DNA from: Candidatus Gastranaerophilales bacterium
GTDB lineage: Bacteria > Cyanobacteriota > Vampirovibrionia > Gastranaerophilales > Gastranaerophilaceae
DNA: 58,973 bases
Direction: 5' to 3'
NCBI GenBank assembly: GCA_947589705.1
Contig: CANQCO010000001.1
Location: forward strand, 1 to 58,973
Positions 56,493-58,973 of this stretch are shown piece after piece. The notes beneath the pieces are model-generated. The model ran no database searches and was not told where the DNA came from. It worked only from the letters and a program-made list of their open reading frames with translations. Both the position numbers and the translations under genes were made by a program. The stretch's first letter is position 1; each line of letters opens with the position of its first letter.

Positions 56493-58768
56493 TGAAAGAA
56501 AATAACAACAAGGAATTAAATACACTTGATAGGGGCATATCATATAAATATGCCCTTTGTCTTGTTGATGTAAAAAATCTCGGTACAAGAACATTCTCAT
56601 ACCTTATTCCTGAGCATTTAAAAGAAAAAATAAGAATAGGACAAGCTGTTTGTGTTCCTTTCGGAAGAAGAAAACAAAATATTATTGCTTTTGTTACGGG
56701 ATTTTCAAATTATCTTGAAGAAGGAATAAAGGCAAAAGAAATAATAAAAATAATAGACCGAAGAGCTGTTTTTACGCTTGATTATTTAAAATTGCTTGAC
56801 TGGATAAGCAATTATTACTGCTGTGATATAAATACAGTAGTGCAGGCTGCTGTTCCGATGAAATTTTTAAAAGAAAATTCGGGTAAAAATATAAAAGAAA
56901 AAACTCAAAAATATATAATCTTCAAACATAAAGAAAATGCACCATCAAGACAGATAAGGATTCTTGAACTTATTGAAAAATTTGGTGAATACTCGCTTAT
57001 TGACTTTGAAAAAGAAGCAAAAACAACAAGAGCCACTATTCTTAAACTTAAAGAAGCAGGATTTATTGATATTGAAGAAAGAGTTGTATATAGAAACCCT
57101 TTGAATATATTTAAAAATATAGGAAAAGACGAATTTCCGCCTTTATCAACCGAGCAGCAGAAAGTATTTGACGAAATTTCAAGAAAAACAGACACAAAAG
57201 AAAAAAATCCGATATTATTAAACGGAATAACGGGTTCAGGTAAGACCGAGATATATTTTAGAACAATAAAAAAAATAATTGATGAAGGACGTAATGTTTT
57301 ATTTTTAGCGCCTGAAATAGCTCTGGCATCACAGCTTACATTAAGGTTGATAAAGCGTTTTGACCCTGAAATGATAGCTGTTTGGCATAGTTCAATATCT
57401 GATGGCGAAAAATTCGATGTCTGGAATAAATTAAGAGACAATAAGATAAGAATTATAATAGGAGCCCGCTCTGCAATTTTTGCACCGTTAAAAAATATTG
57501 GGCTTGTAATAATAGATGAAGAACACGAAAACACTTATAAACAGACTTCTCCCGCACCAAGATATGATGCAAGAACCGTAGCTGAAAAAATTTGCGAAAT
57601 AAATAATGCAGTTTTATTAAAAGGCAGTGCAACACCTGATGTTATTTCATATTATAAAGCATTAGCAACAGGTAATTTATTAACACTTTCTGAAAGATTT
57701 AAAGGAATAGACCTTGCAAAAGTAACCGTAATAGATATGAGAGAAGAATTCTACCGTGAGGCAAGAACATTATTTTCAAATACATTGGTAAATGCGATTA
57801 ATGAAACTTTGAATAATAAAAGACAGACAATCTTGCTTATGAACAGGCGCGGGTTTTATACAAGCGTTCAATGCCAAACTTGCGGTGAGGTTATAAGATG
57901 TCCCAATTGCGATATACCTCTTGTTTATCACGCAGAGGATAAGACTTTAAAATGTCACTGGTGCAATATATCAAAGCCTGTTAGTGAGTTATGCCCCAAA
58001 TGTTCTTCACCTGAATTAAAAATGACGGGTGCCGGAACTCAAAGAATTGAGACAATAGTTCAAAAATTATTTCCTAATGCGAAAATAGCAAGAATTGATT
58101 CTGATGTTTTATCTTCAAAATATAAATATATTGATATACTTGATAAGTTCCAAAATGGGGAAACGGATATATTAATAGGTACTCAAATGATAGCTAAGGG
58201 GCTGGATAATAAAAATGTAACACTTGTCGGGGTATTAGATGCCGATTTAAGTTTTTCTTTCCCCGATTACCGTTCAAGTGAACGAGGATTTCAATTGCTA
58301 ATGCAGGTTGCCGGTAGAGCTGGCAGAGGGGAATATGACGGCAGGGTTATATTCCAAACATACAATCCTAATCTTTATGCAATAGAAAATGCTAAGTCAC
58401 AAAATTATCAGAGTTTTTATAAAAATGAAATAATGAGAAGGGAAACTTTTGATTTTCCGCCGTTCTGTCAAATTATAAAAATACTTATTTCATCTAATGA
58501 TGAAGCAAGAGCTGCCGTTTGTGCCAATGAAATAGCTCAAATGTTAAGAGAACAGATTATTAAACTTAAATTAACGGAATATATAGAAGTAAACGGCTCT
58601 ATGAAATGTATTATGCACAAAATTAACTCGGAGTATCGCTATCAAATTATTATAAAAAATAAAATGAATAAAAAAGGTCAATATATAATATCAACATTTA
58701 TGAAAAACACTTCAGCCGCTGATGACATAAAACTTATAATAGACATTGACCCTGTTGATATAATTTAA
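56492..58768 (+). CDS. priA: primosomal protein N' (replication restart helicase PriA)
   Basis: Walker A LNGITGSGKTE, DEEH box (IIDEEHE), Cys-rich zinc insertion CQTCGEVIRCPNCDIPLVYH...CHWCN...CPKC, and QVAGRAGR motif VI. 758 aa. Confidence 0.9.
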   Translation: MKENNNKELNTLDRGISYKYALCLVDVKNLGTRTFSYLIPEHLKEKIRIGQAVCVPFGRRKQNIIAFVTGFSNYLEEGIKAKEIIKIIDRRAVFTLDYLKLLDWISNYYCCDINTVVQAAVPMKFLKENSGKNIKEKTQKYIIFKHKENAPSRQIRILELIEKFGEYSLIDFEKEAKTTRATILKLKEAGFIDIEERVVYRNPLNIFKNIGKDEFPPLSTEQQKVFDEISRKTDTKEKNPILLNGITGSGKTEIYFRTIKKIIDEGRNVLFLAPEIALASQLTLRLIKRFDPEMIAVWHSSISDGEKFDVWNKLRDNKIRIIIGARSAIFAPLKNIGLVIIDEEHENTYKQTSPAPRYDARTVAEKICEINNAVLLKGSATPDVISYYKALATGNLLTLSERFKGIDLAKVTVIDMREEFYREARTLFSNTLVNAINETLNNKRQTILLMNRRGFYTSVQCQTCGEVIRCPNCDIPLVYHAEDKTLKCHWCNISKPVSELCPKCSSPELKMTGAGTQRIETIVQKLFPNAKIARIDSDVLSSKYKYIDILDKFQNGETDILIGTQMIAKGLDNKNVTLVGVLDADLSFSFPDYRSSERGFQLLMQVAGRAGRGEYDGRVIFQTYNPNLYAIENAKSQNYQSFYKNEIMRRETFDFPPFCQIIKILISSNDEARAAVCANEIAQMLREQIIKLKLTEYIEVNGSMKCIMHKINSEYRYQIIIKNKMNKKGQYIISTFMKNTSAADDIKLIIDIDPVDII

Positions 58769-58796
58769 TTATATTTAGAAAATAACTCTTCCTCTT

Positions 58797-58806
58797 CCCC
58801 CCCCCC
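58797..58806. repeat. homopolymeric C10 tract in the priA-downstream intergenic region
   Basis: Counted directly: 4 C at 58797-58800 plus 6 C at 58801-58806. Confidence 0.95.
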
Positions 58807-58816
58807 TTAAAAAATT

Positions 58817-58825
58817 TGGTATAAT
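58817..58825 (+). promoter_or_regulatory. extended -10 promoter element TGgTATAAT for the terminal small membrane ORF
   Basis: TG at 58817-58818 and TATAAT at 58820-58825, about 30 nt upstream of ATG 58855. The position expected for a -35 element falls inside the C10 tract. Confidence 0.4.
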
Positions 58826-58854
58826 AATCTCGGTTAATTATTAAAGGTAAAAAG

Positions 58855-58973
58855 ATGGATTATTATATAATACTCTTGATATTATTGATAGTATTTATAC
58901 TTCTTGTAATTTTTATAATAAAGGGTTTTAAATCTTTAAAATATCTGATTGAAAACAGAAAATGTTTTAAGTA
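58855..58973 (+). CDS. partial ORF (runs off the window) encoding an N-terminal transmembrane segment
   Basis: ATG 58855 preceded by AAAGG. Hand translation gives MDYYIILLILLIVFILLVIFIIKGFKSLKYLIENRKCFK with no stop before the window end. Confidence 0.3.
   Translation, partial: MDYYIILLILLIVFILLVIFIIKGFKSLKYLIENRKCFK

Noticed and set aside
1-58973. Alternative genetic code (UGA reassignment), considered because of the very low GC content.
   Set aside because: TGA terminates well-supported genes at the positions expected from their families. Examples are the 1287-aa ORF at 7540-7542 (overlapping the next ATG), tspO at 12626-12628 and the MerR-like gene at 13317-13319. Conserved proteins (IleRS, PriA, PFL) are full length under the standard code.
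1-58973. CRISPR arrays, rRNA genes, IS elements, integrases and prophage genes.
   Set aside because: I saw no spaced direct-repeat arrays, no rRNA-like GC-rich blocks and no transposase, integrase or reverse-transcriptase motifs in any of the listed ORFs.

Overview
This is an AT-rich (about 70% A+T by eye) bacterial chromosomal segment that uses the standard code: TGA, TAA and TAG all end long ORFs. It is densely coded and mostly housekeeping. Recognisable genes include a partial tRNA-Ser, a CoA-transferase operon, pyruvate formate-lyase with its activase, tspO, nadD-yqeK, thrS, a dCMP deaminase, a lipoate-ligase-like gene, an M16 peptidase pair, TPR proteins, fliA, rplU-rpmA, rpsA, a SigA-like sigma factor, ileS and priA. 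The gene content (fermentative PFL, type IV pilin-like protein, CsaB, many TPR proteins and Asn/Lys-rich giant proteins) would fit a low-GC gut anaerobe such as a Melainabacteria-type lineage. I cannot establish taxonomy from the sequence alone.

The most interesting part is a roughly 4.8-kb accessory island at 12.6-17.5 kb, between tspO and nadD-yqeK. It holds a MerR-HTH/RelE-like toxin-antitoxin pair. It also holds an MmeI-family type IIL restriction-modification gene whose last codons overlap the start of a stand-alone SIR2-like (putative NADase) gene. The RM gene carries a 13-nt poly-G tract on its coding strand, which makes it a likely phase-variation switch. I know of no described defence system that pairs these two genes.

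Other notable items:
- a naturally split pyruvate formate-lyase whose glycyl-radical domain is a separate ORF with its own SD
- a tandem pair of atypical kinase-like paralogs
- a WYL-WYL-DUF4127 operon
- two paralogous Cys-rich radical SAM genes
- a 1287-aa HD-domain giant protein
- a 1274-aa fused double UvrD-like helicase
- a second long homopolymer (C10) sitting on a promoter at the right edge

I saw no CRISPR array, transposase, integrase or rRNA.
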